From IMG/VR virus record IMGVR_UViG_3300027744_000037, positions 1 to 44,956 of that record: a DNA stretch of 44,956 nucleotides. One strand, written 5' to 3'. Position 1 is the first letter of the stretch, and each line of letters starts with the position of its first letter. Shown in pieces: positions 5,338 to 15,341 of the stretch. Under the pieces are notes generated by a model. It saw only the letters and a program-made list of their open reading frames with translations, made no database searches and had not been told where the DNA came from. A program made the translations under genes and the position numbers. This DNA comes from a virus (lineage: Duplodnaviria > Caudoviricetes).

Positions 5338-5739
5338 TTATTTGGGTTTTTTACCAATATTATACTTAGGTGTTAACTGCCATTCATTCTTTTCCTTGTG
5401 TGACAATATTTTAATCTGTGACAAGAAAATTGGTGCAGGCACCTCAGTTTGTTTTTGATTGACCAACTTTACCAAGCCCCAATCTTCCAATAGGTTTGCA
5501 ATAGCATTCCTACGTGATAGGTCGTTTTCGGTAATGTCGGTTGGTTTGCCATCTAAGGCAAATAGTTCTTTAAAATGTACCACATAATACTGACCACGTT
5601 TGTGGAGTATGTGGCAAGATTGGTACAATGTTTGGTCTTTCTTGGAGGCAACACCAATACGGGTCAGTGTCTCACGTACCTTTAAGAAATCATCTTTATC
5701 ATCCAATGTCACTTCAACTAAGTCTTTAATGTCTATCAT
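5338..5739 (-). CDS. regA: translational repressor RegA
   Basis: DDFLKVRETLTRIGVAS, LYQSCHILHKRGQYYVVHFKELFALDG. Confidence 0.97.
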   Translation of the reverse strand: MIDIKDLVEVTLDDKDDFLKVRETLTRIGVASKKDQTLYQSCHILHKRGQYYVVHFKELFALDGKPTDITENDLSRRNAIANLLEDWGLVKLVNQKQTEVPAPIFLSQIKILSHKEKNEWQLTPKYNIGKKPK

Positions 5740-6115
5740 TATTCTTCACTCCGCCTGTATCTATTTTTGTTTTTATATCAGCGATTTGTTCATCGGTGAG
5801 GATACGTAGGGCCTCTTTGGCCTTGGAGTTTGAATAACCAAAATAGGTTTTCACACATTCAATATCCTTCTCAGAATCGGCCTTTTGCCACGGAACAAAC
5901 TTCCGTTTCATGGGCCTGATACTATTTAGAAGATACTGGTATTGCATGTCTTTATCAATTCCTGGCCACATGTTCATGTCATTGACGTACAAGACACAAT
6001 CCAAGTGATTGGACAAAGACCTATTGATTAGGAAAGGTGCATAATCTTTGTAGTCCAATTCACCATCCGGCACCTTCTTTCGCAGGATGTAATCGGCATA
6101 GTCGAACGGACTCAT
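5726..6115 (-). CDS. gp62: clamp loader small subunit
   Basis: YAPFLINRSLS, YFGYSNSKA; located between gp44 and regA. Confidence 0.93.
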   Translation of the reverse strand: MSPFDYADYILRKKVPDGELDYKDYAPFLINRSLSNHLDCVLYVNDMNMWPGIDKDMQYQYLLNSIRPMKRKFVPWQKADSEKDIECVKTYFGYSNSKAKEALRILTDEQIADIKTKIDTGGVKNNDRH

Positions 6116-7047
6116 TTGAATTCACATTCAACCATTAATTCTGTAAGGCAGGCAATCAAGTTGATTTCATGGTCTGCAACAAAGGCAGACTGATATTGGT
6201 ACTTGGCCAAGATCAGAACCATCTGTGGTACAGAATTAGGTTTCAACTTCTCATACAAACCATCGTAGATGTTTCTAAAGATTCGTGTGATATCATTATC
6301 GAGGTTGTTCGTAACCCACTTACGACAAGAAGCAAAGTCCTTGTTCATAATAGAAGAAACGAGTTCACTCATCTGTACATCAGAAACAGAGGCCAATATG
6401 CCTTTGTCAATTGTACCACTAACACCATAACGTTGTAGTTCATTCAGAACACGGCGATTATCTGGAAAGTGTTTGGTGATTACGGCAGCAACCACTTGTT
6501 TGTCATATGTAACACCTTCTTGTTCCAAAATCCATTCAACACGTTTGAAGAATGCCGTAGCCATCTTTAGTTTACTGCCATTGATTTTAAAGTCAACAAC
6601 ACTACAACGTGAATGAATAGGATCAATGATCCTGTTCTTAAAGTTACACGTAAAGATGAACGAACAGTTGGATGAGAACTCCTCGATAGCACCACGCAAC
6701 GCTGGTTGAGTTGAATTTGGATTTAGATAGTCCGCTTCGTCAATGATGACAACCTTGCGGCCGCCTGATAGGGACATAGATGATGCATAATTTTTGATTT
6801 TGTTCCGTAGAACATCAATACCAGATTCGTCTGAACCGTTAATCAGAATGTAATCGCAACCTACTTCTTCACAGAGAGCCTTTGCGATTGTTGTTTTACC
6901 AACACCAGCAGAGCCAGCCAATAAGAGATTGGGAATCTCTTTTCGGTTTACATACTCCTGAAATGTTGCCTTGATACCAGCAGGAAGAATACATTCTTCA
7001 ATGGTTTTAGGACGATACTTCTCCACCCACAAAATGTGTTGTGACAT
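6112..7047 (-). CDS. gp44: clamp loader AAA+ subunit
   Basis: WVEKYRP, GSAGVGKT, IIDEAD, SRC motifs. Confidence 0.97.
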   Translation of the reverse strand: MSQHILWVEKYRPKTIEECILPAGIKATFQEYVNRKEIPNLLLAGSAGVGKTTIAKALCEEVGCDYILINGSDESGIDVLRNKIKNYASSMSLSGGRKVVIIDEADYLNPNSTQPALRGAIEEFSSNCSFIFTCNFKNRIIDPIHSRCSVVDFKINGSKLKMATAFFKRVEWILEQEGVTYDKQVVAAVITKHFPDNRRVLNELQRYGVSGTIDKGILASVSDVQMSELVSSIMNKDFASCRKWVTNNLDNDITRIFRNIYDGLYEKLKPNSVPQMVLILAKYQYQSAFVADHEINLIACLTELMVECEFK

Positions 7048-7076
7048 TCAAATACTCCATAATATAATAAATCAAT

Positions 7077-7268
7077 TTAGGCCGGGAAAGGCCAGTTCAA
7101 GTCGGCTTCAAGTTCTTCGATTCGGCCTTCTAATACAGAAATCGTAGTGTTAAAATGACCCGTTCCTTCTTCATCAGGATTATAACGAGTTTTCAACACC
7201 TGAATCTCTTTTCTCAATACAGCAATGTACTCAGCTTTATCTGTCCATGTTTTAATTTCACCCATCAT
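7077..7268 (-). CDS. hypothetical protein
   Basis: 63 aa ORF with ATGA coupling to the upstream gene. Confidence 0.75.
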   Translation of the reverse strand: MMGEIKTWTDKAEYIAVLRKEIQVLKTRYNPDEEGTGHFNTTISVLEGRIEELEADLNWPFPA

Positions 7269-7540
7269 TTCACCTCATTCATAGATTCAAATAGAGCTTC
7301 AAACTCTTTTGATTCAGCAACTTCAGTTTGGAAAGAGTTTTTGAATTGTGTTTTTGCCATACGTTTCACAATCTTCTTAGGGATTTTTAATTCATCATTG
7401 GCAAAATCTACAATATCTTTCATTGCTTCATTGTTACCTTGGTTCTTATTCATGTGTAGAACCAGTTCATCAATATAACCTTTGAGTTTTTTTAATTGTT
7501 CTTCATCAAAAGAACCAAACAATGTATTTACTTTAGTCAT
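7265..7540 (-). CDS. phage dsDNA-binding protein (T4 DsbA-like)
   Basis: 91 aa helical protein with KDIV..ELKIPKKIVKRMAK..EFEALFE pattern recalled from the phage DsbA family. Confidence 0.6.
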   Translation of the reverse strand: MTKVNTLFGSFDEEQLKKLKGYIDELVLHMNKNQGNNEAMKDIVDFANDELKIPKKIVKRMAKTQFKNSFQTEVAESKEFEALFESMNEVK

Positions 7541-7541
7541 G

Positions 7542-8219
7542 TTATCCTCCGAAACTTAGGTCGGATTCTTTTGCTTCAATGGCAATCCAGTATTCCATAT
7601 CTTCTTTAGAATTTTTAAAGTAAGAAAGTCCTTTAGAAGAAATTTGTACTTCATATGTACCTGAAATCATTTTAAAGTTTTCTGTCAGAAACAAGGCCTT
7701 GAATTTCTTACCATTACCATCGGCAATCTCAGTTGAATCGGTGTGTGCAGAGTTATCTTTTGCATCACAGGTTGTAATGGAAATTTTATCACCATCAGAC
7801 ATGATGGCAATGTTTGGTGATTGTAGAATACTTGCAGTCTTTAGAATAGAGGCAAGTTCTTCTTCTTTCAATGTAAACGAAACATCAATAGATGGTAGTG
7901 TCAACTCTTTTTCTGGAGGAGTTACAATCATACTCTTTGCGGTCTTGCGATAGTTTAATTTCTTACGACCAACTTTGAAGATAACATGCTTGTCATCAAA
8001 ATCAATCTCACCATCTTTGTACAGTGATTGTACGGACAAGAACTGGTTCAAGTCATAGATACAGAAGTCCTGTGGGAATTCATCTTTAACTCCTGCTTTG
8101 GCCAATACGGTCTTTGTTGCAGAAATAGTTGTCAATTTCTTGCCGGTCTTAAACTCAATGCCAGGATTAATGTTGGCAAAGTTTTTAAGAACCGTCAAGG
8201 TCTCATTAGATAATTTCAT
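7542..8219 (-). CDS. gp45: sliding clamp
   Basis: MKLSNETLTVLKNFANIN, FCIYDLNQFL, YWIAIE. Confidence 0.96.
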   Translation of the reverse strand: MKLSNETLTVLKNFANINPGIEFKTGKKLTTISATKTVLAKAGVKDEFPQDFCIYDLNQFLSVQSLYKDGEIDFDDKHVIFKVGRKKLNYRKTAKSMIVTPPEKELTLPSIDVSFTLKEEELASILKTASILQSPNIAIMSDGDKISITTCDAKDNSAHTDSTEIADGNGKKFKALFLTENFKMISGTYEVQISSKGLSYFKNSKEDMEYWIAIEAKESDLSFGG

Positions 8220-8566
8220 TTGTTTTCCTCATTATAAAAATCACATGAATACATTATATCATGTTCATACAAAAACATCAAGCAGCACATTGCATGGGCC
8301 AGGTGGTGTTTACCAGATTCTTCATCAAGCATTTCACCTTTCTTCCATGCCCACAAATGCCGTTGAAGTGCATCATAGTACCTGCGTTTAGAATCGGGTA
8401 CATGTTTCCAATTATCTCTCTCATACTTTTGAGCACCAAATGTCAATACATCAACTGTGGCCTCAAGAGCAAGAGGTGGCAACAAACCATATTCTAGTTT
8501 GTCGCCGTCAAATTTACGACCACCTTTAGTGGCCAATTGTGATGCTTTGACTACATCTTCAGGCAT
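8216..8566 (-). CDS. dATP/dGTP diphosphohydrolase N-terminal-like domain protein (DUF5664)
   Basis: KFDGDK..LLPP..VLTFGAQKY..NW..RYYDALQRH..DEESGKHHLAHA. Confidence 0.85.
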   Translation of the reverse strand: MPEDVVKASQLATKGGRKFDGDKLEYGLLPPLALEATVDVLTFGAQKYERDNWKHVPDSKRRYYDALQRHLWAWKKGEMLDEESGKHHLAHAMCCLMFLYEHDIMYSCDFYNEENK

Positions 8567-9384
8567 TACATTTCTCCAACGAAATTGGCGACTGCTGGCA
8601 TATCACCACGGAAGTGATATGTACCAATGTGGTCTGCTCGCATCCAAGGACACAACCAAATCTGGCCACCAAGCTTACGCCACAATTGACAGAACATATA
8701 ATCTTCTGATAAGTAACGGTCTGAACCACCACCTGTTGGAGAATCAATAGTATCAATCAACGTATCAAAGTATGCATGAATGTAACGTGATCCATCAAAG
8801 TTGGCTTGGCCAACGTGGTCTGGTTTGTAACGCAAGTGTGGAAATGCTTCTGCAAATTTAGGGAACACTTCACGTTTTATCATCATAAAACCAGTTCCAA
8901 TTTCCAACACTTCAAGTGGATCAGAAACATTAAACTTATCTGTACCACGTACAGGATTAAAAACATAATCACCAGTAACTTTTTCTAAGTCAGCAATTGA
9001 AATATCTGGATTTTTAGACATGGCTTTTTTAACAGATGACCATTTGATGGCCTTCTTAGGATAAGGGCCGCCTATAACATCTCTATCTAATGCTAACAAT
9101 GCAACAACATCTTGTGGATTAAAATGTACGTCAGCATCAATAAACAACATGTGTGTACAATCTGAACGGTGTAGAAACTCGTCAACGAGATAGTTTCTGG
9201 CACGGGTAATTAAAGATTCGTTGAAAAGAAATGAGAATTTCACTTGTACACCATACTGCATACAAATGGCTTGTAAATCAAGACATGCCTTGGCATAGAG
9301 TCCATGATTCATGCCACCATACATTGGTGTTGCAACGAAAATACTTTTCTTTTGAAGTTCTTCTTTTTTAATTGAAATTTCCAT
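8566..9384 (-). CDS. GT-A fold glycosyltransferase-like protein
   Basis: FVATPMYGG, ESLITRARN, THMLFIDAD (DxD), GTGFMMI, YLSEDYMFC; start after GGAG. Confidence 0.8.
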   Translation of the reverse strand: MEISIKKEELQKKSIFVATPMYGGMNHGLYAKACLDLQAICMQYGVQVKFSFLFNESLITRARNYLVDEFLHRSDCTHMLFIDADVHFNPQDVVALLALDRDVIGGPYPKKAIKWSSVKKAMSKNPDISIADLEKVTGDYVFNPVRGTDKFNVSDPLEVLEIGTGFMMIKREVFPKFAEAFPHLRYKPDHVGQANFDGSRYIHAYFDTLIDTIDSPTGGGSDRYLSEDYMFCQLWRKLGGQIWLCPWMRADHIGTYHFRGDMPAVANFVGEM

Positions 9385-9399
9385 TATCTCTCCAAAAAT

Positions 9400-9433
9400 A
9401 AAAAAGGGGAGTACCACATATAGTGGTCTCCCC
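9400..9433 (-). terminator. intrinsic terminator
   Basis: GGGGAGACCAC-loop-GTGGTACTCCCC followed by a U tract. Confidence 0.8.
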
Positions 9434-9445
9434 GTCATTCACAGA

Positions 9446-9718
9446 TTAAGCGCCGAAGCTATAACCTGCACCGATAGCAGTACGAACCATAGATTTGGTT
9501 GGTTTGCCCATACGATACACGGCAACTTTGCTGCCATCACCACGGGACTTGGTGTTTGTGTAGATAACGTGGCCTTCTTTACGAAGTTCTTCTACACGAG
9601 CAGAAACGTTTTGGATGCCAAAACGAGCACGAGCTTGTGCAACTGACAGGGTGTTGTAGCCCTCTGTCTTGCTCAAGTAGTTAAGGATTTTTGCTTTCGC
9701 AGAAATTTTGTTAGTCAT
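9446..9718 (-). CDS. winged helix-turn-helix protein
   Basis: LSVAQARARFGIQNVSARVEELRKEGHVI; AGGAG SD; own promoter and terminator. Confidence 0.8.
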   Translation of the reverse strand: MTNKISAKAKILNYLSKTEGYNTLSVAQARARFGIQNVSARVEELRKEGHVIYTNTKSRGDGSKVAVYRMGKPTKSMVRTAIGAGYSFGA

Positions 9719-9777
9719 AATATAATCTCCTAATAATGACAAAGTTAAAAAACAAACTTGTTTTCACAAGCATTCAC

Positions 9778-9806
9778 ATCATAACACTATTTAGTGTGTG
9801 TGTCAA
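9778..9806 (-). promoter_or_regulatory. sigma70-type promoter with nested late-like box
   Basis: TTGACA(9801-9806)-17 nt-TATGAT(9778-9783); CTAAATA at 9788-9794. Confidence 0.75.
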
Positions 9807-9827
9807 GTATCCTTGCGGTATACTTTT

Positions 9828-11093
9828 TTATCTGCCAACTTGCGGCAAATATTTTGTCTTGGTTTCTTTCCAAGACAGGTATATCAAGTCATCATAAAAC
9901 AAAGATTCATAAGATACGGTGTTTTTCTTTTTTAACATTGATATACGGCCTTTGGCATATTTGGTTTTCCAAATATTGGCCAAAGTTTCTTCACTGGTAT
10001 CAAATGATTTGACCAGTTGTTCATCACCAATTTCTTTCCTAAGATATTCATTGGTGTTGTTGTACAGAGGAGAGAAGTAAATCCCTCTCTGATGTTCGGT
10101 ACGAATAAGTTGTTTTGGAATATCCAACTTACCATACGCAAAATTTAATGTACGATTTTTGTGGTCACGCTTAAGTGGCAGGCCTTTTTGATTCTTGGCT
10201 TCCCACCATTCGAAGTATCTTCTGGTGTGGTTCTCTTTTACCCAATCATAAATCATTGCTCTGGTTTTTCTGGCCGGTTCAAAGGCAACCGACCCACTGG
10301 AGAAACCCATTTTGTTCCAGTGATCCAAACCATCATACTGAGATAAACCACCAGACTTAGTATTGCCATAGAGGGAAGTAGTAGTGACTCCAACGAGAAC
10401 ATCATCATATTGTCTTTTCCAATCATTTTGTACGGTGTCTGAAAGGCATAACAATGCCAATAATTTACCACCCATGTAATTAAAACCAAGTGGTTGTAAA
10501 GGCACAATGGTAGAACCAATTGCAGTATGGTTAATCATGCCTTGTTGTGTCTTAACATCTCTTGGCCATCCAATTGCATTGTCTCTTGGAGTCAAGTCCA
10601 AGAAGTCGGACGATATACACATAACACCTAGATACTTCTCAGTTCTCTCATCAATAACAGTGTAGTATAGATTGCGACCAATGTTAGAATTGTTTTTCAT
10701 TGTGGATGAAAATGTACGAATTGTGTTCCAGGTTTCAGCCAGAGGACCATTAGATAGAACCAGTTTAGGAACTAACTTTTCATAATCATCAGGACCTTCT
10801 GGCATCCAGAAATTCTTCTTAACTTTTTCAACCAGTTTCTTTTGTGTAACATCCACCAGTTGAATATCTTCACCAAACAATGTGCCAATGTTTCTGGTAG
10901 GATACTTCTCATGTACTTCTAACCACTTCTGATATAAGGTATATTCACGTACATCCATTTGTGATGCATATGTGAGGTCCTTAATCAGTATTTCTTTCAA
11001 TTGCTCCGTATCAATGTGTTCAAAACGTTCAGGTTCATTTAGTACCTGCCATTTATCCCACTGAGCATCAACATAATCTATAGGTGTGGCCAT
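9828..11093 (-). CDS. DUF4338 / DruA-like domain protein
   Basis: PLQPLGFNYMGGKLLALL..VTTTSLYG..SQY pattern. Confidence 0.65.
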   Translation of the reverse strand: MATPIDYVDAQWDKWQVLNEPERFEHIDTEQLKEILIKDLTYASQMDVREYTLYQKWLEVHEKYPTRNIGTLFGEDIQLVDVTQKKLVEKVKKNFWMPEGPDDYEKLVPKLVLSNGPLAETWNTIRTFSSTMKNNSNIGRNLYYTVIDERTEKYLGVMCISSDFLDLTPRDNAIGWPRDVKTQQGMINHTAIGSTIVPLQPLGFNYMGGKLLALLCLSDTVQNDWKRQYDDVLVGVTTTSLYGNTKSGGLSQYDGLDHWNKMGFSSGSVAFEPARKTRAMIYDWVKENHTRRYFEWWEAKNQKGLPLKRDHKNRTLNFAYGKLDIPKQLIRTEHQRGIYFSPLYNNTNEYLRKEIGDEQLVKSFDTSEETLANIWKTKYAKGRISMLKKKNTVSYESLFYDDLIYLSWKETKTKYLPQVGR

Positions 11094-11695
11094 TAAGTTC
11101 TTTGTGTGAGTTGATTCATTTTCTTAGGATTAAAATACTTGCGTCTAATTTTGTCCAGTCTCTTTAGACCATATTGTAGTGCAAGTGGTTTTACTCTACT
11201 AGTATACACTATCCCATTCATATGGTCAAGCTCATGGAGAAAACATCTTGCAGATATACCATTAAAAGTTTTGGTACGTTTCTCACCTGTGAAATCCTGG
11301 TACTCCACTTCCACGGTTTCTGGTCTGGTAATGTGTAGATTTAGGAAAGGGAATGAAAGGCATCCTTCCTCCATATGTTTTTCACCAGATGACGAAATGA
11401 TTTTAGGATTAAAGTGTGCCACATATTCTTCACCTGCACCCATAACAAAAACACGGTACTCAAAACCACATTGATTAGCTGAGAGTCCAATACCATTTTG
11501 TTTTCTGCAAGTTTCTACCAATGTGGACGCAAAAGTATTTGGATCAACCGGTGGTTTTGCAAAATCAAATTCTGGTAGAACTTTATACAAAGCAGGATGG
11601 TCTGGTGGTACCAAATCAAATGTTTCAATTTTAGTGGCCGATAAAACCTTTGCTTGTTCTTCGGTATCATATAATACAATATCTTCTGTGCTCAT
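11093..11695 (-). CDS. def: peptide deformylase
   Basis: GIGLSANQ, EGCLS, HELDH. Confidence 0.95.
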   Translation of the reverse strand: MSTEDIVLYDTEEQAKVLSATKIETFDLVPPDHPALYKVLPEFDFAKPPVDPNTFASTLVETCRKQNGIGLSANQCGFEYRVFVMGAGEEYVAHFNPKIISSSGEKHMEEGCLSFPFLNLHITRPETVEVEYQDFTGEKRTKTFNGISARCFLHELDHMNGIVYTSRVKPLALQYGLKRLDKIRRKYFNPKKMNQLTQRT

Positions 11696-13410
11696 TTTGT
11701 AATCCTTGAAAAATTATTTTTCTTTTCAAATTTAATAATAGACCTAAACTTATCAAATAGTTGGTCACCTTTATGTGAGATAACAAACACATTTGTGTCT
11801 GCACCCATTTCATGTATTAACTTTAAGAATTCTTCAGTGCCAACCGTATCAAGGCTAGAATCAAATACTTCATCAAGTATCAACAGGTTTGTATTGGTAC
11901 TGTTCTTCAACTTAGCAATTTGTCGCCATGTGAATAATAATGCCAAGTCAATACGCATCTTTTCACCTTCTGAAAAATTAGCATAAGAGAAATCATCACG
12001 ATGCCTACTCTTAATTGTTTCTTCAAAATTTTCATTGATGTTGAAGTTAACAAAAAAGTCCATGGCCTTCAGGTACTTGTTAATTAACTTATTCATAACC
12101 GGTAAATATTGTTTGATGATACGTGTCTTAATGCCACCATCCTTCAATAACGTACCTGCAAATTCGTGGTAATGTTTCTCTATCAAACTACTCTCATAGT
12201 TCTTCTTGTATTCATTCAATGCAACATTCAACTCAATTAACTTTTGGTCACTGCCTTCGGTATTGATTTGTTTTTTGTTTAGAGATGTTATCTCAGCATT
12301 CAGTTTACTAATGTACTGATTAATGGCACTCATTGTAGAGGTATGTTTAATGACCTCTCCGTTATGTGCATTGATATGATTAAGAATATCCGTAATGGAT
12401 TTTATTTCGTTATTAACATTTGTTAATTCTTGTTCAATCTCATTGAGGCCAATTCTCTGTGTATCAATTTTCGTTGTTTTTTCTTGTACTTGAGTATCTT
12501 TCCATTCAGGTGTAATGGATTGTTTGCATGTTGGACAGTCGTGGTTATTTTCATAGAACTGAATCTCCTTTTGATTTCTATCAATATTAGTTTGAACTTT
12601 ACCTTTGATTTGAAATAGTCCCTTGGCCTTCTTGTCAAGTTTCTCTTTCTTATCACCAACTTTTTTTTGTAATACCGCAATATGTCTGTTAATCAACTCA
12701 ATATCATTTTGTAATTTACTATGTTGTTCTTTTGATTTCTCAATCTCTTCCAGTTTATTCTTTATTTCGGTATCATTGTTTTTTTTATGTTCTTCGATGT
12801 TTTGTTTTTGGAGAGTTATCTTTTCTTCTGTAAGAGAGATGGCATACTTAGACTTATTTAAATCTTCTTTGATGGCTGAGTTCTTCTCTTTGATAACGTT
12901 GTTCATTGAGGAAAAGATTTGAATATCTAATAGGTCCTCAATGATCGCCCTACGGTCATTTGCCGATAACTGCATGAAAGGAACAAAAGATGCCGAACCA
13001 AGAATGACAACCTGCGTAAAAGATTTGTAGTTTAATTTGAGAATATTATTCTCTAGTATCTCTTGATAATCTTTTGCAGCTGCATCTTGGTTCAGCAATA
13101 CATCATTCAAATAAATTTCAAATATATTTGGTTTAATACCACGTACAATCTTATACTTCTTCTGGCCAATATTGAAGTGTAATTCTACAACGGCTTCTTT
13201 GCCATTGACTGAATTCAATAGTTGTGGTTTGTTTATCTTACGAAAAGGTTTACCAAACAAAACAAAACACAATGCATCCAGAATTGTGGATTTACCGGCA
13301 CCGTTGTGGCCAATAATCAATGTGTTGTTAGATTTGGTAAAATCAATTTCAGTAAAATTGGCTCCGGTGGATAGAAAATTCTTCCACTTAATCTTTTGGA
13401 ATAAAATCAT
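11692..13410 (-). CDS. gp46: recombination endonuclease ATPase subunit (Rad50/SbcC-like)
   Basis: GHNGAGKST, CPTC zinc hook, FSEGE, LILDE. Confidence 0.97.
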   Translation of the reverse strand: MILFQKIKWKNFLSTGANFTEIDFTKSNNTLIIGHNGAGKSTILDALCFVLFGKPFRKINKPQLLNSVNGKEAVVELHFNIGQKKYKIVRGIKPNIFEIYLNDVLLNQDAAAKDYQEILENNILKLNYKSFTQVVILGSASFVPFMQLSANDRRAIIEDLLDIQIFSSMNNVIKEKNSAIKEDLNKSKYAISLTEEKITLQKQNIEEHKKNNDTEIKNKLEEIEKSKEQHSKLQNDIELINRHIAVLQKKVGDKKEKLDKKAKGLFQIKGKVQTNIDRNQKEIQFYENNHDCPTCKQSITPEWKDTQVQEKTTKIDTQRIGLNEIEQELTNVNNEIKSITDILNHINAHNGEVIKHTSTMSAINQYISKLNAEITSLNKKQINTEGSDQKLIELNVALNEYKKNYESSLIEKHYHEFAGTLLKDGGIKTRIIKQYLPVMNKLINKYLKAMDFFVNFNINENFEETIKSRHRDDFSYANFSEGEKMRIDLALLFTWRQIAKLKNSTNTNLLILDEVFDSSLDTVGTEEFLKLIHEMGADTNVFVISHKGDQLFDKFRSIIKFEKKNNFSRITK

Positions 13411-14483
13411 GCTTGTTCAGTATTCAATGCCTCTACGTAGAGTTCTTTTAATAATGTTTTCAATCTATTGTTGTCGATACTTTCTTCCTGAATACCGTCA
13501 ACATACTTGTTTAATATAGTAAGAGTATCTTCTGCTTCATCAATCACATCATCAACATCTTCTAATTCTGTAAAATCTTCTGCAATAGTAATGTCCGCAG
13601 GGTTTTTATTATACAGGTTATTCATGAACTTGTCAAACAAATACGGATTGGTTTTGTTTATTACAACCACTTTGACATAGGTATTTGGATATGGTGTTAA
13701 ATCTTGGCTGTCAATCTCTTTGATGGTTTGTACCTTGTCATCATATGTAATACGGTGGAACATTTTATTTGGATTCTCTACGAATTCAAGTTGGTTAGAA
13801 TCCATGTCAAACAAATGAAAACCCCGAGGGTCATTATAATCCTGCCAAGTAAGCTCGTATGGATTGCCCAAATAGTGGATATCATCACTAGAAGATTTGT
13901 GATGGTAATGACCACTAAAAGTGTAATTAAACTTCCTAAAAATATCACGATCTAGTCCTCCTTCAGATGGCATGCCACGATACATGGCAAAGCCGGCAAT
14001 TTCAAAATGACCCATACAAATCTTTGCAGGGGTGTTCTTCAGTTCTAACATTGAATTGTCAAAGTTCTCAGCACATATCCAAGGCATCATACAAACATCG
14101 TAGTTCGTATCTTCATACTTGAGATGTATTGTCTGTGGTGTATCAATAACATTGATGTTATCATACTCACGCAATAACAGGTCAACCGAATTCACATCAT
14201 TGGTATTCTTAAAGTATGTGTCGTGGTTGCCAGCCAACATATGCACTTCAATACCCATATCATATAGTGGTGCAAAGAACATTTGTTTGGCACGTTTCAA
14301 TGAAAAGAAGTTGATATACTTTCTACGGTCAAATGTATCACCGAGAATAAGTAAAGTTTTAATACCTTCTTTCTTTAATTTTGGAAAAAAGGTATCTCTA
14401 TAAAACTCCTCAAAGAAATCCAAAAATAATGTCGAATCGTTTCTGGCACCAAAGTGTTGGTCGGTAATTATTGCAACTTTCAT
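13407..14483 (-). CDS. gp47: recombination endonuclease nuclease subunit (Mre11/SbcD-like)
   Basis: DQHFG, GDTFD, GNHD, GHYH. Confidence 0.97.
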   Translation of the reverse strand: MKVAIITDQHFGARNDSTLFLDFFEEFYRDTFFPKLKKEGIKTLLILGDTFDRRKYINFFSLKRAKQMFFAPLYDMGIEVHMLAGNHDTYFKNTNDVNSVDLLLREYDNINVIDTPQTIHLKYEDTNYDVCMMPWICAENFDNSMLELKNTPAKICMGHFEIAGFAMYRGMPSEGGLDRDIFRKFNYTFSGHYHHKSSSDDIHYLGNPYELTWQDYNDPRGFHLFDMDSNQLEFVENPNKMFHRITYDDKVQTIKEIDSQDLTPYPNTYVKVVVINKTNPYLFDKFMNNLYNKNPADITIAEDFTELEDVDDVIDEAEDTLTILNKYVDGIQEESIDNNRLKTLLKELYVEALNTEQA

Positions 14484-14932
14484 TTAAATTTTAATCCTAT
14501 AGAAATTCTCAATTTATTAACAGTAGGTGCTTCTGCATAATGTTTTAATCTTGAATCAAATATTACTGCAAGGTTTTTTTCTGGTGTAATAATTGTAACA
14601 CCAGTATCATTAAAAATATTCAATCTTCCACCCCATTCAAATTTCCAATCAAAAGGAAAATAAACAACCGACTTAGTACATCCATCGTAAGTATCGTCAT
14701 GTAAAGAACCTGATAACTGATATGTTTGGCCATTAATATGCCAGTCCATCAAAGTATCATCAAATTTTGATGATAACAATTCAGCAATTTGTTTACCTGA
14801 TTGTTTGTCAAAATTCCATATAGGCTTTTCTAAATCTGATGAAGTGTAATCAAAACCCCAACGTTCCTGTTTTAATATATTTTGTACAAAACGTAATTCA
14901 TCAACATCAAGAACTTTTTTTTGGATTTTCAT
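14480..14932 (-). CDS. 2OG-Fe(II) oxygenase-like protein
   Basis: HxD (LHDD), WGG, FDSRLKHYAEAP..RIS. Confidence 0.8.
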   Translation of the reverse strand: MKIQKKVLDVDELRFVQNILKQERWGFDYTSSDLEKPIWNFDKQSGKQIAELLSSKFDDTLMDWHINGQTYQLSGSLHDDTYDGCTKSVVYFPFDWKFEWGGRLNIFNDTGVTIITPEKNLAVIFDSRLKHYAEAPTVNKLRISIGLKFK

Positions 14933-15339
14933 TTAGCCTTTTCAATTTCAAATAATCGTTGTCTCAACTCGGTGGTAGAAAAACTGTGTTGGCGACTGTT
15001 AAAGTATACTGACATAGGTAATTGATAACCAGTAAACTGTTTATCTCTATACTCCTCACCTACTATTCTAACATCAATTGGATAAGAAGTCAATATGTCC
15101 ATCAATTCTTTTTCTGTGGCATATGGTATAATTTCATCAACATACTTACAAGCCTGTACCTGTATGAATCTTTCCAGTACCGTTTGCAAAGGTTTGTTTT
15201 TGGTGGATGGCCTGTCTATTGTGGGATCCATTTGAAGTCCCACAATCAAATGGTCACACTGAGTCTTTGCCTCTTTTAACATCATCACATGACCTGCATG
15301 AAACAAGTCAAATGTGGAACAAGTAAATCCAATTCTCAT
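14929..15339 (-). CDS. cytidylyltransferase (TagD-like)
   Basis: FDLFHAGH, ACKYVDE, RQHSFSTT. Confidence 0.9.
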   Translation of the reverse strand: MRIGFTCSTFDLFHAGHVMMLKEAKTQCDHLIVGLQMDPTIDRPSTKNKPLQTVLERFIQVQACKYVDEIIPYATEKELMDILTSYPIDVRIVGEEYRDKQFTGYQLPMSVYFNSRQHSFSTTELRQRLFEIEKAK

Positions 15340-15341
15340 AA

